DNA of 64,000 nt from a virus. Both the position numbers and the translations under genes were made by a program. Each line of letters opens with the position of its first letter. The stretch's first letter is position 1. A model generated the notes under the pieces. It was given only the letters and a program-made list of their open reading frames with translations, searched no databases and was not told where the DNA came from. Location of the stretch: positions 32,001 through 96,000 of the IMG/VR virus record IMGVR_UViG_3300028588_000016. One strand, 5' to 3'. Shown piece by piece: positions 1 through 9,748 of this stretch.

Positions 1-42
1 CGAATCCGTAACTATTTACGAGTTTACTAATAAAATAGAACT

Positions 43-393
43 ATGATAGAAGTAGTATTAGTATTTAGAAGAGATGATGAAAGGTTAGAAGAAGCTAGAA
101 AGGCTATATCTGATTTGGTTGCCGCCAATGACGACGTAACTGATCCTGTTCAATACAATCTAACATCATCTAAATTTCTAGAGAAACGTACAGCAGGTTC
201 CTTACTTGCACGTCATGCGACATTCAACACGCCCTTAATCCTATTCAGGAAAGAGGGCGTTGTTGTTAGAGCACTATATGACGAGGAAGTAAAAGATACA
301 GCTGATTATCCTAAGATGTTATTTGATAAACTTAAAGAAGCCAGAAATGCAATACCTGTTATTGAAGACGTATACGAAGACTTTGAAGACTGA
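43..393 (+). CDS. Hypothetical protein, possible thioredoxin-like fold without CxxC
   Basis: 116-aa ORF; TPLILFRKEGVVVRALY resembles the thioredoxin C-terminal PTLILFKxG..V motif; no Cys. Confidence 0.45.
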   Translation: MIEVVLVFRRDDERLEEARKAISDLVAANDDVTDPVQYNLTSSKFLEKRTAGSLLARHATFNTPLILFRKEGVVVRALYDEEVKDTADYPKMLFDKLKEARNAIPVIEDVYEDFED

Positions 394-958
394 GGTAGGT
401 AATACCTATCATTTGATTCAAAAAGACAGTTACAATAGCTTATATTTGAGTGGCTTTAAGGTTACTTCAAATGAGAATTTAGTAGACAACTATCGAAATC
501 GTGCAGCTAAAGTAGAAACTTACTTAGTAGCTTTCTTAGGAGAGCCAGTAAAAGAAGCTAAAGTTGACGATTACTACATCATACGTGACGAAGTAGTAAG
601 GTGTGTTAGTGTTGATAAACATATTTATGTGAATGAAGCTGGTCAGTACTTTCAAGATGAGTACGGCAGTAAATTCCACATTGTTTACAGTAATCTATAT
701 GTACCGCATAATGGAGTACACTCTTTTAGCGATAGAGGTTATTATAAACAAATAGGTAAAGAATTCCCTATAAATAGTTTAGTAGACGCGCTCAATTACA
801 CTTTACCTAAGACTGAATCTTATATTTACAGGATAGCTAAAGGTGAACAGGATATAGAAGAAGTTTTCTTTACACCTGATTTCAAGTCAATAGATGATTA
901 TGAAGAGTTCCGGCCAATACAGGCTTGTGAGATAGATGCTCGATTTGATTGCGAATAA
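347..958 (+). CDS. Hypothetical protein (start uncertain: ATG 347 or TTG 383)
   Basis: Long ORF filling the gap between neighbours; no recognised motif. Confidence 0.6.
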   Translation: MQYLLLKTYTKTLKTEVGNTYHLIQKDSYNSLYLSGFKVTSNENLVDNYRNRAAKVETYLVAFLGEPVKEAKVDDYYIIRDEVVRCVSVDKHIYVNEAGQYFQDEYGSKFHIVYSNLYVPHNGVHSFSDRGYYKQIGKEFPINSLVDALNYTLPKTESYIYRIAKGEQDIEEVFFTPDFKSIDDYEEFRPIQACEIDARFDCE

Positions 959-970
959 TCCTATATAAAC

Positions 971-1504
971 TTGAAATTTAACGAATTCCAACCACTTGCA
1001 GTGGTTACAAAGGCTCCACTAGGAAGCCAAATATTAGACAGTGTTCACATGGTATTGGGTATGGCTACTGAAATTGCTGATGAATTACCAGACGCTTTAG
1101 CTAACGATGACTTTGTCAACGTCGGTGAAGAACTGGGTGATTGTCAATGGTATGAAGCCGGTTATGCTGATACATGGGGTTTAGTTGTAAATGAAGAATT
1201 TACTTTTAAACCAGAAGAATATCTAGATTTAGATCCTATGAAGACTATTGCTCAAATGCAAGACTTGGATAAAAAAGAGTTAGCTTACGGTAAGATTGCA
1301 CCTATTGAGGAGCGTCAACGTTTGATTAACAAAATACACTACGAAACTGAAGCTTTAGCTTTCGGCTTGGGTATTGACATGGATGTACAACGTTTCAAAA
1401 TCATACAAAAACTTAAAGCTCGTTTCGGTGCAAAGTTCAATGCTCACGGTGCTATAAATCGTAATCTTGATGTTGAGAGGGCTATATTAGAAAGTAACCA
1501 GTAA
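971..1504 (+). CDS. MazG-like nucleotide pyrophosphohydrolase
   Basis: HMVLGMATE..EL and EELGDCQWY match the all-alpha NTP-PPase EXXE...EXXD pattern; TTG start. Confidence 0.8.
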   Translation: MKFNEFQPLAVVTKAPLGSQILDSVHMVLGMATEIADELPDALANDDFVNVGEELGDCQWYEAGYADTWGLVVNEEFTFKPEEYLDLDPMKTIAQMQDLDKKELAYGKIAPIEERQRLINKIHYETEALAFGLGIDMDVQRFKIIQKLKARFGAKFNAHGAINRNLDVERAILESNQ

Positions 1505-1536
1505 TTTGGTATTCTAACTTTATCTTCGTATATTGC
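1505..1536 (+). promoter_or_regulatory. Possible Bacteroidota sigma-A promoter for phoH
   Basis: TTTG(1505-1508)-N20-TATATTGC(1529-1536); -7 box deviates from TAnnTTTG. Confidence 0.4.
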
Positions 1537-1560
1537 AGTTCATTAATTTAAGAACTGTAA

Positions 1561-2271
1561 ATGCCAAGAGACAGAAAAAACCCAGCAACACGCAAGATTC
1601 GTAAAACCGAAATTGCATTTAACTGCACATTAACCGCTGAACAAAAGGAAGCTAAAGCTATTGCTCTAGACAACCAAGTGGTTATCTTCACAGGTAAACC
1701 GGGTACAAGTAAAACATTTCTAAACTGTAACATTGCTTTAGATTTGTTAATCAGTAATCGAGTAGGAAAGATTCTAGTAACTAGACCGACTGTAATAGTA
1801 GGTAGTGGTGAAGGAATGGGTTTCTTACCAGGTGAAGCGTTCTCCATGAAGGAAGGAAAGATGGGACCTTATTTAACACCTATTCTTCAAGCTATGATCG
1901 ACCTCAAAGGAGAGGCAACAATCATGAAAATGCTTGAGAATAATGAGATTGAGGTTGCTCCGATTGACTTCGTGAGAGGCAGAAACTTTAAAGATTGTGT
2001 CGTAATAGTAGACGAAGCACAAAACTTAAACGTGGATCAGTTGAAAGCACTGACTACACGTATTTGTGAAAATGCTAAGATGCTATTTACATGTGACGTA
2101 AACCAAGTGGATTTGAAAGCAAAACATACATCGGCTGCAAGATTCTTCGAGAAGATTGCTAGCTTGAAGGGGGTGGAGATGGTAGAATTACACGAAAACT
2201 TCAGATCACCATTAGCTATAGAGATTATGGAAATGATTGATCGCGAAGCCGCTAGAGAGTTAAATCTCTAA
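1561..2271 (+). CDS. phoH: PhoH-family ATPase
   Basis: GKPGTSKT P-loop, ILVTRP, GFLPG, RGRNF, VIVDEAQN, RSPL motifs. Confidence 0.93.
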   Translation: MPRDRKNPATRKIRKTEIAFNCTLTAEQKEAKAIALDNQVVIFTGKPGTSKTFLNCNIALDLLISNRVGKILVTRPTVIVGSGEGMGFLPGEAFSMKEGKMGPYLTPILQAMIDLKGEATIMKMLENNEIEVAPIDFVRGRNFKDCVVIVDEAQNLNVDQLKALTTRICENAKMLFTCDVNQVDLKAKHTSAARFFEKIASLKGVEMVELHENFRSPLAIEIMEMIDREAARELNL

Positions 2272-2284
2272 CATTAAATTTAAT

Positions 2285-2325
2285 AAAGGCCGATATACTT
2301 AATTGTGTATCGGCCTTTTCTTTTT
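2285..2325 (+). terminator. Intrinsic terminator after phoH
   Basis: AAAGGCCGATATAC-TTAATT-GTGTATCGGCCTTT stem (one G-U) followed by TCTTTTT. Confidence 0.8.
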
Positions 2326-3750
2326 ATGGAAATTAAGGGCGTAGAAATAGACTTAAAAGAAATAGGAATATCATTTACACCTAACGATGAACAATTACAA
2401 GCTCTGGATCATTTAATTGATTTCTTGCAAAGTGATTGTTTAACAACTGTTTTAAGTGGAAGTGCTGGAACTGGTAAAACTAGTATTATTAAGATTCTTC
2501 TAGAATATATCAAGAAGACTAGTAAAATCAATGTTACATTAGCCGCACCTACACATAAAGCTAAAATGGTATTAAGCAGATTATCCAACGACGATAATGC
2601 CTTTACTTTACATACCTTATTGAAACTAAGACCTAACATGGATATTCTTGAATTCGATGCAAATGATTTGCAATTCATGTTTAAGAATGCAGCTAATCTA
2701 TTTGACTACGAAGACGATTTAATTATCGTTGACGAAGGTTCAATGATACCTGATCCACTTTATGACTTAGCTATACAATGTATGAAACGTATGGGTAAAA
2801 TGATCTTCTTAGGAGATATGGCTCAGATACAACCCGTTAAGCAGGGTAAACTATCCAAAGTGTTTAGTAGCACAGACTACCCAGGATTTAACTTAACTAA
2901 AGTCGAGAGACAAAAGAAAGAAAGCCCGTTAGTAGAACCGTTATTAATATTACGGGATAGAAGCTTAAAAACATTCAAATCAGCCACTTTAGATGGAAAT
3001 GGATTACTAGTACACAAAAGTCCAAAAGACTTCGCACGTGAACTAAAAGAATCATTACCATCGTTAAAGGAGTTAGTCAAGAGTCCGTTTAAAAACAAAT
3101 CTATTTGTTGGACAAACCACAGAGCAGGTCAATTAAATCAATTGACTAGAAGACTTTTAGGTACATTCGGTTCAGTAATCGAAACAGGAGAATTAGTAAT
3201 GGCACACGACTCTTTCACTAGAAATGAGCAGCCAATACTCTATAACGGTAGTGAATACGTAGTTGTAGGTATGAAATACGGTACGCAACAATTACCTTAT
3301 TTCTCTAAAGTTCCTGGTTACCACTTAAGACTGCTTGATACGGTTGATGCAAAGAACAAAGGTTCTTTAGAATGTATATCGAATGTGTTTCTATTAGATC
3401 CTAATATGGCTCCAGATCTATTTGGTAGACTGGTTCATACTTATGAGAACATGAGACTTACAGCAGTTGAATCTAGAGGTTACTCGAAGAAGATATGTTG
3501 GAAATGTTTTCATGAACTTCATCAGTCTTTCATAACTCCATCTGATATGGTATATCAAGGAAGAGTTGTTAGAAAAAAGAGTATTGATTACGGTTATGCA
3601 ATAACTGTACATAAGTCGCAAGGAAGTACATACGAAAACACATTTATAGATATGAAGGATATATTGCTATGTAGACAAGATGATGAATTACGTCAACTTC
3701 AATATGTAGCAGTTTCACGAGCCAGTAAAATGGTTCATTTGTTGAATTAA
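2326..3750 (+). CDS. SF1B helicase, Dda/RecD2-like
   Basis: GSAGTGKTS, IIVDEGSMI, LGDMAQIQPV, YGYAITVHKSQGSTY, YVAVSRA; ATG 2326 preferred because GTG 2305 lies inside the terminator. Confidence 0.92.
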   Translation: MEIKGVEIDLKEIGISFTPNDEQLQALDHLIDFLQSDCLTTVLSGSAGTGKTSIIKILLEYIKKTSKINVTLAAPTHKAKMVLSRLSNDDNAFTLHTLLKLRPNMDILEFDANDLQFMFKNAANLFDYEDDLIIVDEGSMIPDPLYDLAIQCMKRMGKMIFLGDMAQIQPVKQGKLSKVFSSTDYPGFNLTKVERQKKESPLVEPLLILRDRSLKTFKSATLDGNGLLVHKSPKDFARELKESLPSLKELVKSPFKNKSICWTNHRAGQLNQLTRRLLGTFGSVIETGELVMAHDSFTRNEQPILYNGSEYVVVGMKYGTQQLPYFSKVPGYHLRLLDTVDAKNKGSLECISNVFLLDPNMAPDLFGRLVHTYENMRLTAVESRGYSKKICWKCFHELHQSFITPSDMVYQGRVVRKKSIDYGYAITVHKSQGSTYENTFIDMKDILLCRQDDELRQLQYVAVSRASKMVHLLN

Positions 3751-3751
3751 A

Positions 3752-4147
3752 ATGAATAAAGTAATATATCTTGCTGGTGGAATGAAATCTAATTGGCAAG
3801 ACAAAGTAATAAATAGTCTGAATGAACCATTTAGACCCTTATTTCGTTTCTACGATCCTTCTAAACACGGGTTAAGCGAACCCGATCAATACACCTTATG
3901 GGATTTGAACGGTGTAGAAAAGTCTGGTGTTTTATTAGGTTACATGGAAGCTGATAATCCTTCTGGATACGGATTAGCTTTAGAAATAGGTTATGCTAAA
4001 GCTTTAGGTAAAAAAATCATCTTAGTTGATGAACGTTCTACTACAGATTCTGTATTTCAAAAACGATTTGATATGGCAAGAAGTTGTGCAGATGTAATCT
4101 GTAACTCTTTAGAAGATGCTATATTGTTATTAAAATCTTTTCAATGA
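3752..4147 (+). CDS. Nucleoside 2-deoxyribosyltransferase-like / nucleotide N-glycosidase
   Basis: IYLAGG...YDP...DL..V..S..LL...SGYGLALEIGYAKALGKKIILV with catalytic Glu motif. Confidence 0.8.
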   Translation: MNKVIYLAGGMKSNWQDKVINSLNEPFRPLFRFYDPSKHGLSEPDQYTLWDLNGVEKSGVLLGYMEADNPSGYGLALEIGYAKALGKKIILVDERSTTDSVFQKRFDMARSCADVICNSLEDAILLLKSFQ

Positions 4148-4326
4148 CCTTATATCAACTAACAAGTAAATTACAAGCTATAATTGATAGAGAACCTTCA
4201 CGAGGTAAACTTGAAGTTTATGTATATTTTACTGATCTTGAGGACACTTATGACGGTTTTAGAACACCTCAACCTATCTTACTTGTAGATAATTCAGTTT
4301 CTGATCGTATTGACATTAATATATGA
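4144..4326 (+). CDS. Hypothetical protein
   Basis: 60-aa ORF coupled by ATGA overlaps on both sides. Confidence 0.65.
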   Translation: MTLYQLTSKLQAIIDREPSRGKLEVYVYFTDLEDTYDGFRTPQPILLVDNSVSDRIDINI

Positions 4327-4637
4327 TGATGCAAGGTCAAACAATACTTCTGTATAAAAACCAAGTAACTCTTGAATTGTTTTTAGATGAAGATTTAAAA
4401 GCTAAAATCTATCCTGACGGGGAAGGCTTCGGTAGTATTACAGTAGAAAGTACTACTAATAAAGAGGACTACTATGCTGATAATCTTAAGTATTTTACTT
4501 CTTTCGATACCGATAAGGATAGACGTAAAGAAGTAAAGAAGGATTTGAAGAAACTAGATCAATTTTACAAAGGAGTTCTGAAAGACATTGATCATGTGTT
4601 TAGAAGAGCTTATGAACTATTTAACTACAAACCGTGA
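4323..4637 (+). CDS. Hypothetical protein
   Basis: 104-aa ORF, translationally coupled. Confidence 0.7.
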   Translation: MMMQGQTILLYKNQVTLELFLDEDLKAKIYPDGEGFGSITVESTTNKEDYYADNLKYFTSFDTDKDRRKEVKKDLKKLDQFYKGVLKDIDHVFRRAYELFNYKP

Positions 4638-5728
4638 GAGAAATTTTCAGGGCACTTGTTGGAAGCCAAGCATATGGGACTGCAACTCTATCTTCCGACT
4701 TTGATTACAAGGGAGTTTACGTACAGCCGATTATGGATATTCTATGCAATGGTTACAAACCTCAAGTAGAAGTAGGAAAAGACGACACCTCATACGAGGT
4801 TCGTCGTTTCTTAGAGTTAGCTCAATCAGCTAATCCTACAATACTAGAATTGATATTTATGCCTAGCGATAAGATTATTCTCATGAAGCCAGAATTTGAA
4901 ATTATACGTGATGCACGTTATAGTTTCTTATCTAAGGAATGTAGAAACTCTTTTGGTGGTTACGCTGTTGCTCAAATTAAAAAGGCTAAAGGTCTTAATA
5001 AGAAAGGTAATATGGAGAAGGAGAGAGTGGAACGTAAGACACCTTTAGACTTTTGTTACGTTTATCGTATGAGAGGAGAACCTATTGGAAATGGTGAAAG
5101 TGATTTTATAAGTCCATCTAGTCCTGTAAAGTTGACCGAAATCTTTATTAAGTATGGAAACGTAGAAAAGATAGCTGGACTAAGTAAATTAGAACATTTA
5201 AGAAATGGTTATCTGTTATGGTTACCACAAAAAGATGTTGAGTTTAAGGGATTACTCAATTCTAATGGCGATACTTTACTAGTGTCACAAATACCTAAAG
5301 GTATTAAACCTTGGTACTATTTATACTTTAATATAGAAGCTTATCAGGTACACTGTAAAGAATACGCTTCGTATCAAACTTGGCTAAAAGAACGCAATGT
5401 TGCTAGATATGTAGACTTTGAAAACCATGGTCAATTAATTGACGGTAAGAATATGCTTCATTGTGTACGCTTATTAGATATGGCTAAAGAAATAGCTAAG
5501 AACGGAGAATTAACAGTTCGTCGTCCTAATGCTGATTATCTACTTTCTATTCGTAGAGGTGAAGTTAACTTACAATCTATTATTGATAAGTGTGAGGACG
5601 ATATTGTAGAGTTAGACGAATTATACGAGAAGTGTTCTTTGCCTGATAAATGCGATAGGAACTTTGCTGATAATTTATTAATGGACATTAGACAAATACA
5701 ACTAGGACAATGGATGGCAGGTCAATAG
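4634..5728 (+). CDS. Pol-beta superfamily nucleotidyltransferase (RlaP-like)
   Basis: LVGSQAYGTATLSSDFDYKGVY, YEVRRFLEL...ANPTILE, GKNMLHCVRLL. Confidence 0.85.
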   Translation: MREIFRALVGSQAYGTATLSSDFDYKGVYVQPIMDILCNGYKPQVEVGKDDTSYEVRRFLELAQSANPTILELIFMPSDKIILMKPEFEIIRDARYSFLSKECRNSFGGYAVAQIKKAKGLNKKGNMEKERVERKTPLDFCYVYRMRGEPIGNGESDFISPSSPVKLTEIFIKYGNVEKIAGLSKLEHLRNGYLLWLPQKDVEFKGLLNSNGDTLLVSQIPKGIKPWYYLYFNIEAYQVHCKEYASYQTWLKERNVARYVDFENHGQLIDGKNMLHCVRLLDMAKEIAKNGELTVRRPNADYLLSIRRGEVNLQSIIDKCEDDIVELDELYEKCSLPDKCDRNFADNLLMDIRQIQLGQWMAGQ

Positions 5729-5762
5729 ATGATTATTATGAAAACAAATTATATCTAAACGA

Positions 5763-6902
5763 TTGACAAATCAAATAACAGCAAAAGTATTGCTTGACAG
5801 TGTTAACGAGCACGGTCATAGAATGACTACATTCGTAGTTAAATTTCCAAGATACATTTTAGCTGAACTAAATACACACAGAGCGCTCAGCAAGAACTCA
5901 GCATCATCTAGAGCTAAACCTTTCAAGACTATGTTAGGTCTTGTAGAAACTGATCCTTTTATTCCTGTACAATGGATGAAAGATCATAAAGGTATGCAAG
6001 GTGCAGAATATTTCGATGAAGAAACCATGGTTCATCCTTATAGTAATTTTTTCAGTTTAGATGACGATTTGGGAGATCCTGTAATTGCTAAAGTTACAGA
6101 GGTTTTAGAAGAATGCTGGCTTGACGGTAGGAACTCCGCAGTCGCTATAGCGGAAGCTTTAGCTGAACATGGATTAACTAAACAAATTGTTAATCGTGTG
6201 TTGGAACCTTTCATGATGCATGAGGTAGTTCTAACCGGTACTGAATGGGAGAATTTCTTTGCTTTACGTTGTCCTCAGTACGAAGTAGACTATGTTAGAG
6301 ATTTAAACAATAAACTGTTTGATGCTCCTTCTAGAAGTAGAAAAGACGCAATTGAGAGAGAACCTCGATTAGCTAAATTCACTGATTTACAGTGGCGTAT
6401 GTTAAACACAGGTATGGCTGATATCCATATTATGGATTTAGCTGAAGCTATGTGGGATGCTTACGGTGAGTCTCTACCTAAACAACTTGTCGGAGGTGAA
6501 TGGCATATGCCGTATACTGATGATATCAACTTAGAAGATTTCTATCGTTTCTTAGTGAATGAAGGTCTTATAAGTGATCAAGTATGGGAAGGTACTCCTT
6601 ATGAGTTAATGTTACCTTATTTGCTTAAGGTATCTGCTGCAAGGTGTGCTCGTATTAGTTACAAAACCTTTGGTGAAGGTTCTAAAATCGATTGGTTAGC
6701 AGATATCAAATTACATGATAACCTGTTAACATCAGCTCCTATTCACGCTTCACCTGCCGAACATCAAGGTAAAGCGATGACTAACGATGACTTAGATAAT
6801 TATTTAGTAATTGAGGCCGGTGTAACTACTATTGGAGTTTGCCGCAACCTACGTGGCTTTGTTCAATATAGAACATTGCTAAACAATGATACAATGCGAT
6901 AA
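5763..6902 (+). CDS. thyX: Flavin-dependent thymidylate synthase, phage-type ThyX
   Basis: AELNTHRALSKNSASSRA (variant of RHRxxSxxxxSxR), SAARCARISY, HASPAEHQ; TTG start. Confidence 0.8.
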   Translation: MTNQITAKVLLDSVNEHGHRMTTFVVKFPRYILAELNTHRALSKNSASSRAKPFKTMLGLVETDPFIPVQWMKDHKGMQGAEYFDEETMVHPYSNFFSLDDDLGDPVIAKVTEVLEECWLDGRNSAVAIAEALAEHGLTKQIVNRVLEPFMMHEVVLTGTEWENFFALRCPQYEVDYVRDLNNKLFDAPSRSRKDAIEREPRLAKFTDLQWRMLNTGMADIHIMDLAEAMWDAYGESLPKQLVGGEWHMPYTDDINLEDFYRFLVNEGLISDQVWEGTPYELMLPYLLKVSAARCARISYKTFGEGSKIDWLADIKLHDNLLTSAPIHASPAEHQGKAMTNDDLDNYLVIEAGVTTIGVCRNLRGFVQYRTLLNNDTMR

Positions 6903-7126
6903 TGGGAAAAGGAGCAGAAATCTTTTTAAGCGGAGTGTTCGATGCAATATTGAACAAACGCGAATATGCCTTTGAAGACTTATATAGGGCTAAATACGGA
7001 GTATACCCTTCGTATGAATTAAACAAACAATTTAAAGCTATTGTTGAAGAAATGCCAAGACCTTCAGACGATACTTCTTACGAATCTAGTTACGTATCTG
7101 AAGACACTTCTTATAGTTACCAATAA
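6902..7126 (+). CDS. Hypothetical protein with S/Y/E-rich tail
   Basis: 74-aa ORF with TAATG couplings. Confidence 0.65.
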   Translation: MGKGAEIFLSGVFDAILNKREYAFEDLYRAKYGVYPSYELNKQFKAIVEEMPRPSDDTSYESSYVSEDTSYSYQ

Positions 7127-7581
7127 TGACTAATAAAGAATTTATAGAGAAAGTAACAGCTTTATTCGATCCAGCGGACATGTTTGAACAAGACAGTTTT
7201 GTGGATAGTTACAATAATAGCAAAGAAGTACTTACAGAAATAGAGGAGCTTGAAATAATGGAAATTCGTAAAGAATTTACAAAATGGGGAACTCCAGAAC
7301 GTCAAGCTCAAGTAGCGAGAATAAGAGAAATAGAAAACGTAGCTTTAACGAGAGTTTGTGGTGAACTAGGTGCTCCTGTTACAGTTCACGAAGAAGGTGG
7401 AGGAGAAGGAGAAGGAGAACATGTTGAACTTGTTATTCATTTTCCTCTAATTGATCGTTATGCTTTAGCTCATGCATCTTATTATTCTCATCACGGTATT
7501 GACTATTGGCAAGAATGGCAAGAATGCAAACCACAAGAAGTTACTATAACACAATATGTTACAATTACCGATAAAAAATAA
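7126..7581 (+). CDS. Hypothetical phage protein (paralogue family A)
   Basis: EGGGEGEGEHVELVIHFPL...WQEWQECKPQEVTITQY, similar to 8406-8879. Confidence 0.75.
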   Translation: MTNKEFIEKVTALFDPADMFEQDSFVDSYNNSKEVLTEIEELEIMEIRKEFTKWGTPERQAQVARIREIENVALTRVCGELGAPVTVHEEGGGEGEGEHVELVIHFPLIDRYALAHASYYSHHGIDYWQEWQECKPQEVTITQYVTITDKK

Positions 7582-8413
7582 TAAATATCTACTAGTTGGG
7601 TCTTATGCTATGTGCATGAGACCTTCTAGAGATATTGACGTGATTTGCTATGAAGCTGATCTTGAATGCGAGTATAAACGTTTAGACGAATATACTGGTG
7701 TTTTTCATTTAAATGGTGTACAAGTTGAATGTTTATTTGCCGATAAACAAGAAAGCTTAGCTTATGCTTTAGCTCATGAAAGAGGAGTTGCAAGTACTAA
7801 TCTTTTATATGCTTTAAAAGCAGGACACATACACTATCCTAGTAAAGGATGGGAGAAGCATATCTTAGATTATCATATCTTACGAGGACTTTTAGAGAAG
7901 TGGGAAAAGATAGGTAGAATGAGTCTTGATGCTTTCATCAAATTACATAAGAAGTCCACTGCTGAAAGGTTAGGTAAACAAAGACTTCCTAAACTTAAGA
8001 ACGTAACTAAAGAACAATTCTTTGATGATTTTGTTGAGAAACATTATGATCATGATGATATCCATCAATGGTTTGCTCATAAAGAGAAACCTATGTATTC
8101 TTATATGCAACCTGATCCTAGTAAAGTAGACTGTTCCAAAGAAATGTGGGAAGACTTTGACTACTGGGACAAGGTTAAATGCGTACAAGAAGAATGTTAC
8201 GTAATTGCATCTGAAAGACACTTGATTCCACAAGCAAAAGGGAAAGTTAGTCGTATGGATAGCGAGGGTGCTTTTAAGTGGGCACTGATGCGCGTCTGTA
8301 CTACTTTGTGTAGCGGTTGGTTTAGAGATTTTGCGGTAGAGAACTACTTCACCATTCTTAATAACCGTAATCGTAATTATCCACAAATCTTAAACCAACA
8401 TATCAATGCATGA
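7556..8413 (+). CDS. Putative nucleotidyltransferase-fold protein
   Basis: N-terminal LVGS...RDIDVI fits hG[GS]x(9-13)DhD; His/Cys-rich helical C-terminus (HDDIH, CTTLCSGWFR). Confidence 0.6.
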   Translation: MLQLPIKNNKYLLVGSYAMCMRPSRDIDVICYEADLECEYKRLDEYTGVFHLNGVQVECLFADKQESLAYALAHERGVASTNLLYALKAGHIHYPSKGWEKHILDYHILRGLLEKWEKIGRMSLDAFIKLHKKSTAERLGKQRLPKLKNVTKEQFFDDFVEKHYDHDDIHQWFAHKEKPMYSYMQPDPSKVDCSKEMWEDFDYWDKVKCVQEECYVIASERHLIPQAKGKVSRMDSEGAFKWALMRVCTTLCSGWFRDFAVENYFTILNNRNRNYPQILNQHINA

Positions 8414-8879
8414 GTTAGAATTTTTAAATAGGTTGGAAGACATTGCATTCGATATGTTCATGCTAGCATGTGAAGATTGCTTAGACGTTTTAAGCTATAA
8501 AAACAAGGAAGCATGCGATTTATTCAGTAAAGAAATAAAAGCATATACTGCAGACGAGTCTTTTGATAAAATAATTGATCGTTGTCTAGAGTTAGAACTA
8601 GGAGATCTAGGTGTTCCAAAGATTGTTTACAGTTTTGAAAGTGAGAATCACGGAGTAGCTGAAATTGTATTATTCTTTCCTTTACATGATTACCATGTAC
8701 GAAGTAAAGGTCACGTCAATCTTAAAAGTAATAATAACTATGAATGCGCTTACGTATGGACTGATTGGGAACTAGTGAAACCTGTAAAAGTTACTAAAAT
8801 AGAATACTTAGCAGCAAGTGAAATAAAGCCTGCAGATAAACGTTCTAAGTTTTACGACTTTGAAGAGGACATGATGTGA
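8406..8879 (+). CDS. Hypothetical phage protein (paralogue family A)
   Basis: AEIVLFFPLHDY...WTDWELVKPVKVTKIEY. Confidence 0.75.
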   Translation: MHELEFLNRLEDIAFDMFMLACEDCLDVLSYKNKEACDLFSKEIKAYTADESFDKIIDRCLELELGDLGVPKIVYSFESENHGVAEIVLFFPLHDYHVRSKGHVNLKSNNNYECAYVWTDWELVKPVKVTKIEYLAASEIKPADKRSKFYDFEEDMM

Positions 8880-9733
8880 TAAAATTAGTAACAAGAAAGA
8901 CGTTTGCTATCAGAGAATCTGGCAGATCTACAGACTTTATATCTCCATCTTTTGGCTTTGGTTGTTTGTATGATTGTACTTATTGTTACATGAAAAGACA
9001 TAGACCGGATAAATCTGTAGATATAGCTAAGAATACTGGCGATATTCTTACTGCTATAAACGATCATGCTACATGGTTACCTAAACGTGAACCTAATCAA
9101 ACTGATCCTACTTATTACACTTACGATATTAGTTGTAATGAAGACTTTGCACTTCATGCAAAACATCATAATTGGAAACGTATATTTCAGTTCTTTATGG
9201 ATAACGATAGAATTAAGGGTTCATTTGCTACTAAGTATGTGAACCCTAATCTATTAGAGTTTGATCCTAAAGAAAAGATAAGGATCAGATTTAGTCTAAT
9301 GCCACAAGTAATTGCAGACAAATTAGAACCTAATACTTCTAAGATTATTGATAGAATAAAAGCTATTGATGATTTCATAGAAGCAGGTTATGAGGTACAC
9401 ATCAACTTCTCCCCGATTGTAGTATATGAAGATTGGCTTAAAGACTATGCCGATCTATTTCGTTTAGTAAGTGAAAACGTAATATACAAGGATGAAGTAC
9501 TATGTGAGTGTATCTTTTTAACTCATAATGCGTCAAAGCATATTGCTAACTTAGAAAGTGGCAAACAAGGTGAGAACCTACTTTGGACTCCTAGTATACA
9601 GGAGAACAAGACAAGTCAGTACGGTGGTAATAATATCCGATACAAGCATGAATTGAAGTCTAAATATATAACACAATTCAGAGAGCTACATGATGAAATT
9701 ATACCGTGGAACACAATACGTTATATATTTTAA
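8876..9733 (+). CDS. Spore photoproduct lyase-like radical SAM enzyme
   Basis: SPSFGFGCLYDCTYCY (CxxxCxxC), DISCNED, FATK, RIRFSLMP, HINFSPI. Confidence 0.85.
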   Translation: MIKLVTRKTFAIRESGRSTDFISPSFGFGCLYDCTYCYMKRHRPDKSVDIAKNTGDILTAINDHATWLPKREPNQTDPTYYTYDISCNEDFALHAKHHNWKRIFQFFMDNDRIKGSFATKYVNPNLLEFDPKEKIRIRFSLMPQVIADKLEPNTSKIIDRIKAIDDFIEAGYEVHINFSPIVVYEDWLKDYADLFRLVSENVIYKDEVLCECIFLTHNASKHIANLESGKQGENLLWTPSIQENKTSQYGGNNIRYKHELKSKYITQFRELHDEIIPWNTIRYIF

Positions 9734-9748
9734 CAACCAAGCAAACGA

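Noticed and set aside
7395-7420. GGAGAA short tandem repeat
   Set aside because: It simply encodes the GEGEGE loop; too short to suggest a contingency locus
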